DNA from: Batkoa obscura
Taxonomy: Eukaryota
Direction: 5' to 3'
NCBI GenBank assembly: GCA_030770535.1
Contig: JASVEC010000003.1
Span: forward strand, 992,001-1,056,000
DNA length: 64,000 bases
This document shows, piece by piece, positions 27,096-38,444 of the stretch (the first letter of the stretch is position 1; the number at the start of each line of letters is the position of its first letter). The notes below the pieces were generated by a model that was given only the letters and a program-made list of their open reading frames with translations, did no database searches and had not been told where the DNA came from. The position numbers and the translations under genes are program-made.

Positions 27096-27960
27096 ATATA
27101 GAGATGTATTTTATTGTTCAAGATGTAACTAAATATTCTATGATTTGTGTATAAAAAATGGACAAAACATAGAAACAAAAAACGTTAAGAGTTTTTTTAT
27201 AACAATAGATCGATTATAATAATATTTATTTTCCGCGTAAAAATAAAATAAAATGAAAATCAATACAAGAACATTAGTCTATTCTATTGTTTTTTATATT
27301 GTATCCTAAAGCATCATTACTTAATAATGTTATTTTTAGCTTAATTAAAAAAAAAATTTCAATTGGACGACTTGGTAAGTCAGACTAACTTTATTCTTGA
27401 AATTATATAAAAAAATAGGTAACAATACCAGTATCATACTACTTTTAAATAGCCAAGGTTTTCCATTTTTAATAAAAAGATTAAATTTTATTGTTTTTTC
27501 GGGTTTTTAATATATTAACACTGGGTAATTGCGATGGTTGAGTTAACTTGTTATGTATCAAAATGAGATAACTATAGCTGTCATTCTTTAAATGATTAAT
27601 CATAAGAAAAAAACACTATAACTATGTTATTCTCAAAGCTACGGTTATAATGTATATCCATAATATTAAAAATCTATCAATGCTAAAGTAGATATATATA
27701 AAATAATTTATTAAAATAATTGTTTGTTATCAACTATATGTAGCTTTTGCGATTAATTTGTATCGTGAGAACTATATTTTATATGTTTATTAATGGTTTA
27801 GTTTACTAACTAAAATAAAATACAGGTGGTATTATAATGACCACTCATATTATTACTCAGCTGATGAATAGAATTATAATGAATAAAAGTTACATTTATT
27901 ATAAGTATAAATATTCAAAATATCCAAAATAATGAATCAAACTAAAATTAGTTTTATAAA

Positions 27961-28833
27961 ATGAAATTCAGCCTTTATTCTTTATTCCTCATTGCTGGTG
28001 TTGTATCTGGACAAGACCAAAGAATTATCAATGGCCAAGAGTCAGTACCTTTCTCTCACCCATTCGTTGTTTCATTACAAAGAAGTGGTAGTCATTTCTG
28101 TGGTGGTTCTATCCTTGACCGTAATACTATTATTACTGCCGCTCATTGTTCCCAAACAACCCCTTCAAGTGTCACTGTCAATGTACATCGCCACGATTTA
28201 AGAAAGACTGGAGCTAGTGAAAATGGTGCAAGTTTATTAGTAAAATCCATCAATAATCACCCACAATATTCTTCTAATACATTAACTTATGATGTATCTG
28301 TCTGGAAATTAGCTGCCCCAATTCCAAGTAACCTTCAAGTTGAATTTGTTACTTTAGATTCTTCTAACATTGGTCAAACTGTTGGTTTACAAACCATTGG
28401 AGTTGGATGGGGTAGAACTAACCCAAATACTAACACTTTATCTCCAGTATTAAGAGAAGCTATATTACCAGTTTATAGCCATGGCCCATGTAATACTGCT
28501 TATGGAAATTTCTTAAAGAAAGAACATCATATCTGTGCCGGATATAAAGAGGGACTTAAAAGTATGTATATATAGAGATAAATATAAGTATAAAACACTA
28601 ATATTTTTATTAGGCGCTTGCAATGGTGACTCTGGTAGTCCTTTATTTGTTAAACAAGGTGGAAACATTCAAGTTGGTATTGCAAGTTTCGTATCTGGTA
28701 GCAAATGCTTAGCCCCAGAAGCACCAACTGTAAGTTTATTCATAACATATTATAATAGTTATTTATTTTTTAGGTATATTCTCGTGTTAATACATATATT
28801 AGCTTCATTCGTCAGATTCAATCAAAACCTTAG
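27961..28833 (+). CDS. Secreted S1 (trypsin/chymotrypsin-fold) serine protease
   Basis: Signal peptide, QR|IINGQ activation site, CGGSI, TAAHC and YDV. After a GT-AG intron, KSACNGDSGSP; after a second intron, VYSRV and TAG 28833. Confidence 0.93.
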
Positions 28834-28978
28834 GTTTAATAAAACGTTATTTTATTATGTGACTATTATAATCTTTCGATTTTATTAAAATATAATCTCT
28901 TTTGTATAAAACTATTGGCTAGTTTTAAATTTATAAAAATCCAAAAAAAACCCCCAAAAACTTATTTTTCTTATTGAA

Positions 28979-29461
28979 ATGAGTCGCTTAATTGTTAAAA
29001 GAATATTAAATAAACAAACTATCTGTAATTTGAGAGCTATCTCAATTAGTAAGATACATAATACCAGTTTTATTAATGAACAAAACAATAAAGGAGTGGA
29101 TAAATTCGGTAATTTATACGAGGTACCAGAGTATCCATTTAGTATTCCATTGCAAGATAGGAGTAAAGAAAGTGAAGAGAATCTACGAAGAAGATTAGTT
29201 TACCAATGTCGTAAGCGAGGTATATTAGAGACTGATTTAATCTTGTCAACGTTTGTTGGGAAATATTTAAATGATTTATCCTATGAAGATTGTAAGCAGT
29301 TCGATCAATTATTAAATGAAAATGATTGGGATATTTATTATTGGGCAACCGAAGAAAGAACTCCTCCAGCAAATATAGAAGGACTAAAAGTATTCCAGTT
29401 AATTAAAGAGCATGCTAAAAATAGAGAGAAGAAAGTATTAAGAATGCCAGAATTACTCTAA
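28979..29461 (+). CDS. SDH5: Succinate dehydrogenase assembly factor 2 (Sdh5/SDHAF2)
   Basis: RRRLVYQCRKRGILETDLILSTF, LLNENDWDIYYWAT and C-terminal LRMPEL. Confidence 0.95.
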   Translation: MSRLIVKRILNKQTICNLRAISISKIHNTSFINEQNNKGVDKFGNLYEVPEYPFSIPLQDRSKESEENLRRRLVYQCRKRGILETDLILSTFVGKYLNDLSYEDCKQFDQLLNENDWDIYYWATEERTPPANIEGLKVFQLIKEHAKNREKKVLRMPELL

Positions 29462-29681
29462 ATAAAGATGAAGTTTTATTTATTTTTACGGGTTAATTAG
29501 TCTTATTACTCATTTTTTATATTATTTATATCATCTTAAACATAATATTCCTTTATTTTTGCAAGTTAAAAAGCTTTATACATGCTAAAGTTATGGCTAA
29601 AATGATTGGCTTAAAATTAACTTGTTAATTATTCATTTTAAATTTTCAAAATTCAAGTTTTATTTTGAAATTGAAATCGAA

Positions 29682-31059
29682 ATGGAAAAGTATAAAGTAA
29701 TAAAATCAACTATCATTCCGTTATTATTAACCATTAACATATATAGCGTATTGAAAAATTAGGTGAAGGTAATAGACAAACGACTTAAGTTATACCAAGG
29801 ATAATCATAATTGTCGATTTATAGGAACTTATGGTATTGTTTATAAAGCACAGAATTTAGAAACCAATGAGTTTGTTGCATTAAAACGTATAAGATTGGA
29901 CAACGAAGAAGAAGGGGTATATAATAATACAGATGATTTACTATGACTCTTATTTAAATTAGGTGCCTTGTACAGCTATAAGAGAAATATCTTTACTAAA
30001 AGAGTTAAAGCATTTTAATGTAGTAAAGTAAAATTAATTCAATTAATCCTATTCCAAGTTAAAAAAAAATAGATTACACGATGTGCTTCATGTGGATAAA
30101 AAATTGGTATTAGTTTTTGAATTTTGTGATTCCGATTTAAAGAAATATATGGATGCATTTAATGGAGAATTAGAGCCTATAACTGTTAAAGTAATATTTC
30201 AGTGTATAAAAACCATAGAATTATACTAACCCATTTTAGCATTTACTATATCAACTATTAATGGGACTAGCTTTCTGCCACCACAATAGAGTTCTACATA
30301 GAGTAAATATCAGTATTATACTTTATTGATAAATAATTTATGAATAATTCAGGATTTAAAGCCTCACAATTTACTTATAAATAAGGTATATATGAAATCT
30401 TAGTTAACTATAATAGCTTAATTTATCTTGTACTTTATGAAGAAGGGAGAACTAAAATTAGCAGATTTTGGTTTGGCTAGAGCTTTTGGTATCCCTGTTA
30501 GAAGTTATTCTCATGAAGTAATAACTACGGATAGTTAAATAAAGTTAAGTTAACTAATTACTAGGTTGTTACTTTATGGTATCGTCCACCTGACGTATTA
30601 ATGGGATCGAGACATTATGATACAGCCATTGATATTTGGTCAGTTGGTTGTATATTTGCAGGTATTTCAACTTTGCTTTATTATATAATAAATAATAAAA
30701 TAATAATTGTAGAAATGTCATCTGGATTACCATTATTTCCAGGAAATTCAGTAAAAGATCAATTAGTAAGGATTTTCAAAATACTAGGAACTCCAACCGA
30801 ATTAACGTGGCCTGGGGTCTCTCTTCTACCTGATTTTAAGCCATTCCCAGATTTCCCATCTACTTCACTTGCTCCTTTGGTCCCAAAGTTAGAACCACAA
30901 GGTGTTGATTTACTTATGGTACTATATTATATTATATCATAGTTTTATTCATACTTAATAATATTTTATTAGCGCTTGCTAGAATACGATCCTTCTAAGA
31001 GGATTACTGCTCATGCAGCACTTTCTCACCCATATTTCGCAGATATCGAAAAAGACTAA
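29682..31059 (+). CDS. Cyclin-dependent kinase, Cdk5/Pho85 type (PCTAIRE helix), multi-exon
   Basis: [82 protein letters not shown]. Many short GT-AG introns. Confidence 0.93.
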
Positions 31060-31219
31060 TTTGGTTCTTATTTTATATGAGCATTATTTTTTGTTATAGT
31101 CTAATATATTTAGTCATACGATACCTTAATTATTCTATTTATAACTTTGATACTTTAAGAATGACTGAGATTCATAGATTAAGCTAGAATTTATTTTACA
31201 AAGCTAATAAATATAATGA

Positions 31220-31830
31220 TAAACTAGTGGAATGGGTATAAACATAATATATAGTATATTAGCTTAGATATTTACTATTACTGTATTTATATAATTCTAG
31301 TGAGATTTGAGCCAGAAAAGCCAGAGATAAACAGTTTTTTTTAGATTAGTCGTTTTCAAGGGAATTGGGAAGATTCCGTGAAAGTGTTTCAATTTGAGCC
31401 GTAAACTGCTTCTATAAAACCTTAAAAGAATAAAAATCCCAAGTTGTTTATAGTTAGAGGTAAGAAAGGTTTATAAGGAACTGGTTGATAATGTGGCTGG
31501 AGGAACCGGGAGGTGATAAGAGAAGGGAGATATGATTGTGTTGATTGCGAGAAATGCTCTAAGTTTGATTGACCAACTAGTGATTTGATTAGGCTGGATT
31601 TCATATAGGAAAATTACATTTTGTATAATGCTATTCAGGAGTGAAGAAGGTAGGAACATGCAAAGGCGGTGGCCATTTGGTTATTTGAGGATAAATTTAT
31701 GTAAAGGAGTGGATGGCCCAAAATCTCGCTGTTGTTATAAAAGCCTGAGGTATACTTCCTTAAAATCTTGAATGGTAAAAATATCAAAGGTTTGATCAAT
31801 AAAATTAAGAAGTAATAGTAGAGAAGTAAC
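31220..31830 (-). mobile_element. Possible degraded LINE-like or other coding relic
   Basis: Locally higher GC and strong purine skew, with overlapping broken minus-strand frames (e.g. FYRSSLRLKLKHF). No diagnostic RT motif seen. Confidence 0.25.
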
Positions 31831-32281
31831 ATATTATCTACACAACATCCTTTGTTTTTAAAAATATTATTCTACGGAAATCATAAAGAATAAGGTAAAA
31901 TGTTATATTATAAATAAATATAAATACAAATATAAATATAAATATAAATTGCAACACTCATCAATACAATGCTTCTATATTATTTTATAATATATATAGT
32001 GTTGCTAAAATTGCGTATGAGCCTGCTTGGTGTTTTTAAAAGTAAAGACGTAAGTGTATAGGAGATAAATATGATACTATAAGTTACATTATTAATCTAA
32101 ACTTAAATGCTTCAACTATTAGCTTGACCTTTAAAATATAATAAACAAAAGATTGTAAATAAAATAAAAGATAATACCATAAATGATTTATTTTAACTGT
32201 GATTATACAATATATAAAACAATATTTTTATAACACTCAAAGTGAGAAAGTAGGTTATTAGACTTTAATTCACTATCATTT

Positions 32282-32378
32282 GGGGGTTTTTTTTGGTTTC
32301 ATTACTTTTTCCATCTTTTAAGCGCTATTTCAGCGGAAAAATTGTTAGCAAAATTCTTAAACACAAAAATACATCCCC
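32282..32378. mobile_element. MITE family A in F-box pseudogene
   Basis: TSD ATTT/ATTT. Removal restores DRKSINDSELKSNNLLSHF versus the paralog's DRKSINNSSSRCNTLLSYF. Confidence 0.93.
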
Positions 32379-33222
32379 ATTTATAGATTTTCTATCAATT
32401 TGAACCAAAAACTGTTTCTTATAAAAAACTAGTTTGATTACTTTATAATTATCATAATAGCATACCCCGTTTGTAAAAGTAACTACTTTGATGTTATGTA
32501 AAAGGAATATTATATGAAATAGATTATTAGTTGAGATGCTACATTCTTTAAAAATTACTTTTTTAATTGATTTAAAGTGTATAAAACTGTTATTTCCGTA
32601 TACTATCCTATGTTTACTCATTTTGAGAGCCTCAGAAACATAATGTTTCAAACCAAACCCTCGGTTTGTATACTTTAACTTATGGATAGTTAATATCTGG
32701 AGATTCTGCAAATGTAAAATAGTTTTAAAGACAGACTCAAAAATACCTAAGTCACTAATATGTATTTCTTTTAAACATGAAAAGTCAAAAAGCAGACTTA
32801 CATTAGACATTGGTTTAGTAAAGCCAAAAGATTGAATATTTAGATGCGACAATTTAACTATATCATCACATATGAAATTATCTATATTTATATACACTTC
32901 TTTATTTTAAAAACATCTCTTAAATAACTTAAGCCAACTTTATTTATTGGTGTACCTATTAACTTCAATGTTTCAAGTGAATAAAATTTGGAAGCATCAC
33001 TTAAACTTGAAGATATCGAAAATATACCACAGATAATTACTCGCTTCTTTAGCTGGATAAACGACTCCTTTAATTTTTCAATCCCATTTAAGTTGATTGA
33101 AGTACATCTAATTATTAAAGTCTTAAGCTGATATGCATCAAATGAATTGACAAGATAATCTAAATCGATTGAGCCTTTAATTGTAACAGTGAATTTCCTA
33201 ACTTTAGATAATAAATTCATAT

Positions 33223-33321
33223 GAGGATGTATTTTTTTGTTTAAGAATTTTGCTAACAATCTTTCCGCTGAAATAACGCTTAAAAAATGGAAAAAGTAAT
33301 GAAGCCAAAAAAAACACCCCC
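33223..33321. mobile_element. MITE family A in F-box pseudogene
   Basis: TSD ATAT. Removal restores LLKHMNLL versus the paralog's LLKHINLL. Confidence 0.93.
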
Positions 33322-33920
33322 ATATGCTTTAACAAAATAGCTTTGTAATCCTTCTTAATAGTCAATATCATGTTCTTTAGATAAGGCAACTATTGTGGTA
33401 CTAAGTTATCCAACAAGCGGCACTGGGTAATTTCAAGTAATCAGCATGTAATATTTTACTTCTGGGGCATAATGTCAATGAGTTTAATTGTTCATTTGTT
33501 ATTTTCAAGTATTGTACATTATCATTGTGACATTTATAAAAAGTGTGTTGAATCCATGACTAGGCTGGTGAGTGTAAGTAAGCTGAATAGGATAAGTTAT
33601 AAAAAATGAGATGGCTAATTTGTTTAAACAACGCCTTGTTTAAAAGCCTTAAATCAAACAATTGATCTGGAGGTAAGAACCTAAAAATAGTATCGACTAC
33701 AATGTCAGGTAAGTTATCTAATTTTAAAGTACTTATTTTATATCAAATTGAAAAATAAAGTCTTAGGTTTTCCTTTATTTGTACCATTTTTAAAGATGTA
33801 GCTTATAAAAAGGTTATCTTATTATTTACTCACTTTTTATTCAAATGATATAAACTATATCAAACTTACCCTATTGTTCGTTCATTTTAATAGTTGAGCT
33901 AAATGTTTTAGGCTTTATAT

Positions 33921-34020
33921 GAAGGTGTTTTTATTTTATTTCATCACTTTTTCCATTTTTTAAGTACTGTTTGAGTGGAAAGACTATCAGTAAAATCCTT
34001 AAACAAAAAAACACATTCCC
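33921..34020. mobile_element. MITE family A
   Basis: GAAGGTGT...ACATTCCC, ATAT TSD. Upstream of the F-box pseudogene. Confidence 0.87.
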
Positions 34021-35608
34021 ATATCTTTGTTTATTTAATATTACTGCAAAAATACTTTTAAAAAACTATAGTTTAAACATCTTAATTGCACAGACTATTT
34101 TAAAAGGTTTTCTCATATATAATTTAATATTATAAAATCAAAATAGGATGCTTGATATAAAGAATTTAGTATAAATACTTATAGTAGCAACATATTTAGT
34201 GTGTTTTCTTCTATGCTTGTGTAAACATGAACCTAATCTAAAATTAATAAGTTTATATAATTTCATTAGACGCTATTAAAATTAATAATAGTAATTTTTA
34301 AAAAAAAAAAATATTTTTCGGTTGGTTGAAAATGTTAAAAGCTTTTGCTATAGTTAAAAGACACAAGGGAGTATAAATATGCAGGCGAACGTGATAACAT
34401 TATTTTTGGGCTGTTTTTGTATTAGAGAGAGCACCTCTTCTGTGTACAATTTATTCCATTTAGTGTATGTTTTATAGCAGAAAATTTAGAGGGCTTTGTG
34501 CAGATAAAATACTACACAAAAATCAATCTATGGCTAATTTAATTTTTCGACTTAGAAAAGTCAATAATCATATTAGAACTTCACATTTATTAATTGGTGC
34601 TTTGAAGTGTTTACGCTATTAATAAAGTTCTTATTAGGTTTTGATTTTTATACACTTAATCCGTGATCATTTAACTGTATATTATTAAATTCAACCTTAA
34701 TTAACATAGTTGCTACTGTCGAAAGTGGAGAAATAATTAGCGAAATATTCTATGATTTAAAATATAACAAATATTTTGTCCTAAAGCTTCTACTTTAAGA
34801 GAATAGACTATATAACCACTCTTATTATGAATAATACAAATAATTCTGCAAAATATAATTATTTCCAAAGGACATTGCTTTATAGTGACAAATGTGGAGT
34901 TTAATATTTGCCATAAAAATTTGTGGGTTAAAAGTTCGGTTATAAAAATAAGAGCTTTTAATACTGTTTTCTTTTATATTAATGGGGATATACTAAAAGT
35001 AGAAATCCTCTTTTTTATTCAACTCATGATTTCATTTTTTAAAACTATATATATGGTCCTTTTAATTTTTTTTACTATCCCCGCTTCTTTTTTACATACA
35101 TGATTATATTAATATAAAACTATATTCTATTGTTGAGTTATAATGAAAACTTTTGAGTAGAAGGAGCAAATTAAAAATAATGTAATTTGGGAATTAAAGG
35201 GATCTTTAATTCATAATCCGTGCGTTATGCCTTGTTGTATAATAAAACAAAAAGAATAACAAATTTAAGTTTATGGATATTACAAAAGTGGTGCTAATAA
35301 ACAAAATGTGATTGGTTGAATTCAAGGTTTAAATCTGAATCCATATTTTCAAAACTATTATATTATTTATTGGATAACATAATGAATATACTCAATTTAA
35401 AGGCCTATTATTAGTTAATCTCACTTTTAATATGGCAATTTACGCTAGTGAAAGAATTGATTATTTTTCATCTATATAACTTGTTCTTAATTGTATAATA
35501 TAAAACTTAGAGTCTAGACCATTTTCTTGAACTATATAAACAGTCTAAGTAGATTTAAATGATATTTTAATATTAATCGTTTTTTATTTTTAAAATAAAT
35601 ACTCCATC

Positions 35609-35925
35609 ATGTTCGATATGTTACAATTATTGTTTGAAGCTCAAAATAAAGGAGGTGTATTACCTAACAATGAAACGACAAAAGGTGTTACAGACTCAGA
35701 AAAAGAAGATATTGTAAGTTTTAGAAATATGTTAAATATTTGACTTAGGAATTAATAGCTTTTCACTAGAATAAGCTCAAAGCTTTAAGTTTAATGAGAG
35801 ACTTTCTTGATAAAAGAGATGACTTTTGTAATATACCACCACTAGAAAACTTAGTTAATACGCCCATTTCTAAAAGGCCAAGTCATGATACTTTCAACAA
35901 ACCTAGTGTTGAAAGTAGGAAGTAA
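35609..35925 (+). CDS. Small two-exon orphan protein (86 aa)
   Basis: ATG 35609, 35-codon exon, GTAAGT...CTAG intron 35714-35769 (phase 0), 51 codons plus TAA. TATATAAA at ~35534 and AATAAA at ~36013. Confidence 0.6.
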
Positions 35926-38444
35926 TCGTATTTATGTTTGGTGATTTCTAAGCAAAATAGGCATGAAAATAGTTGTGTTCGCAGTTTTTGTTAATAATTT
36001 TTGTACTTAGAGAATAAATATTTAATTATATTGTTAACTTATTAATAGAGTATTAGTAATCTTATGTTATTTTTTTAAAATAAATATTTTAATGTGTTTA
36101 ATTGTAATCGTAATCAAATATTGAAAAGGTATTTTATACAAATCGGAGATAAGAAAAGGTAAAGATACAAATATGGAAAAATACACTTATTGAGTAAATA
36201 GTTTAATCTAGCACAATCCTTATTTCCAGTTCAAGTTATAAAAAAAGTACATTTTTTATTATAAAAAGGAAATAAGATCAATAATTCCAGCGAATTCAAG
36301 GTCTAGACAATGGGGATTAATAAAATGTATCTTTTGAGAGTTTTGATTTAATAAATTATATATTAAAATATCGATTTCTTGTCTATTGTTTTTACTAATT
36401 AATTTATGACCCAGAAAATTCTAAAGGAAAAACTATCTAACCGGACAAAAGAAGATTATAATGTTAGTGGATTTTCATTTATAAATCTAGACTTACAAGG
36501 GGTTTTATACTTAGCTAATATAAAAGTTATCATCCATCGAATATTGCATAAGCAAACTAAATTAAAATTTAATAATAAAATGAACTAGAAAATATTTAAA
36601 AATAAATATAATCTCACTATTTTTAAAGTTCTAGACATTTACGTCTCTTTTAAATTGATCCTTTTACGTTTTAATCTAATTACGTCCCCTTAATGTTAAA
36701 ATATTAAATTATTTCTTTGGCTTTAATCAAATTATTTGACTGAATGCTAGATTTTATAAAAATTGTCAATTACTTATAATATTTAATGACAATGCTAAAA
36801 GTCAAAAATAAATGATAAAAAGTTTATTTTTAAAATTATTGTCACTCACTTATATAAACTGAATAGATATTATGCTATTTAAATGATTGTAAAGCTCATC
36901 ATTAAATTAGGCAATATATTATATCACTTGATGTTTGTTATAAAAGTAATTGAAGAGCTAATACCATATTTAAAAATTAACAGAGAAGTAGATAAACTTT
37001 TAGATAAAAAAGCGTATTTATAAGGTAGATATTCTAGTTTTAATCTTATCGCATCACATCTTTTAATATTTTGAACTCTTGGTTTAAATCAACGAGTAAG
37101 TTTATTAGTATAAAAGAACAATTAAAATTAAAAAATATTATTTGGAGAGGGTCTTCTAACTCTAGTATCAGAGTTGAGGCCTTTATTCTTCTACCCTTTT
37201 AAATATTATATTATTAATTATTTTATATGCTTAAATTCATTAAATGTACATAGAACCATCTTTTTTTTATCCTCTATTTTAGTAAACTATGCGCTTTATA
37301 TAGACGGAATTGCACTAAATTTATAAAAAATACTTATCTTTGTTATTTGTGTTTCATATTTCAAATCTTTAAAAAGTATAATTTAAAGCTTGAGATTATT
37401 TTACGATATCCTTAAACTTTATAGATGCTAGATTATCTTTTGGTTCTTTTTGTCCTTGTTCAAATCAATATTGAAATGTCGGACAGAGGCATTTTTTAGA
37501 TTAATAAAATTATAAGCCAAAATTTGCAAAACTAAATTAGCTACCACATGAATTTCATCAGTATGCGTTTTATACTGAGTTGCTTATATTGAAATATCTA
37601 TTAGACAAAATATTGATAGTTGATGGTTTAATTTATAAAAACAGAAGCAAAAAAACTTAGTATTGAGTAAGAACAATTTAATAATAAAGTACAGCAAAAT
37701 AAACTTACATTTTAAAATAACAATCTAAATAGAATACATAAAGGTAATACCACTTTATTATTTAAAAGTTCAAAGGAATGGGTTGTATTTTATTTAGCAT
37801 TAATCGATTAAAAGAATTGAATAGTAATAACATTATTTTTAATTATTTTTAATTTGTTGAAACAGATTAAGAGAATAAATTTTTATTAATAAAATAATAT
37901 GTTACTATTTATAATTTTTAACCATGTTATGCTCCTATCTATGATATAAACAGGTTCTATTTTTTTCATAAATAGGATTAGTGCCAACAATAATAAGCTC
38001 TTGGCCATGATGCATAGACCAATCAATTTGAAGGACAAGATACAGTATTTCAACCCATCACAATTATCTCATGAATAACATTTGAGCAAGCCATTCTAAA
38101 ATTTTCAACAATAACTTAAAAAAAATAAACAAAGTATAAAAATTAGCAACATAAATTGAAATAATTTTGATTAAAACTAGAATCATTTCCGCTAAAAATT
38201 TTAACTTTGTTTATTTTTTTTATAATAATTATTAAATAATTTTATTACAAGTTGTTCAATTTTTTTTAGTTAAATATCCTAGATTAAAAATATTTATTTA
38301 GTTTAATTAAGCTCATTTAATCTTATTAAAAATCTATCTTGAAGAAGAGTGATTTGAATCCACCAATAAAACTCAAGCAATTTCAATAATTATAAAAAGA
38401 AATTAACAGTTTTAAGCCACCATTTTTTATAATTAAAAATATTT

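Larger units (their letters stand above)
32203..33736 (-). pseudogene. F-box-like/LRR-like pseudogene, paralog of 41337-42719
   Basis: ATA replaces ATG, then STLKLDNLPDIVVDTIFRFLPPDQLFDLRLLNKALFKQI. Stops, frameshifts and two MITE insertions. Confidence 0.88.

Noticed and set aside
36380..36560. Possible transposase C-terminal relic (RRL*C*WIFIYKSRLTRG...YKSYHP)
   Set aside because: Short and stop-ridden, with no catalytic motif or TIR pair. Cannot be supported without a search.
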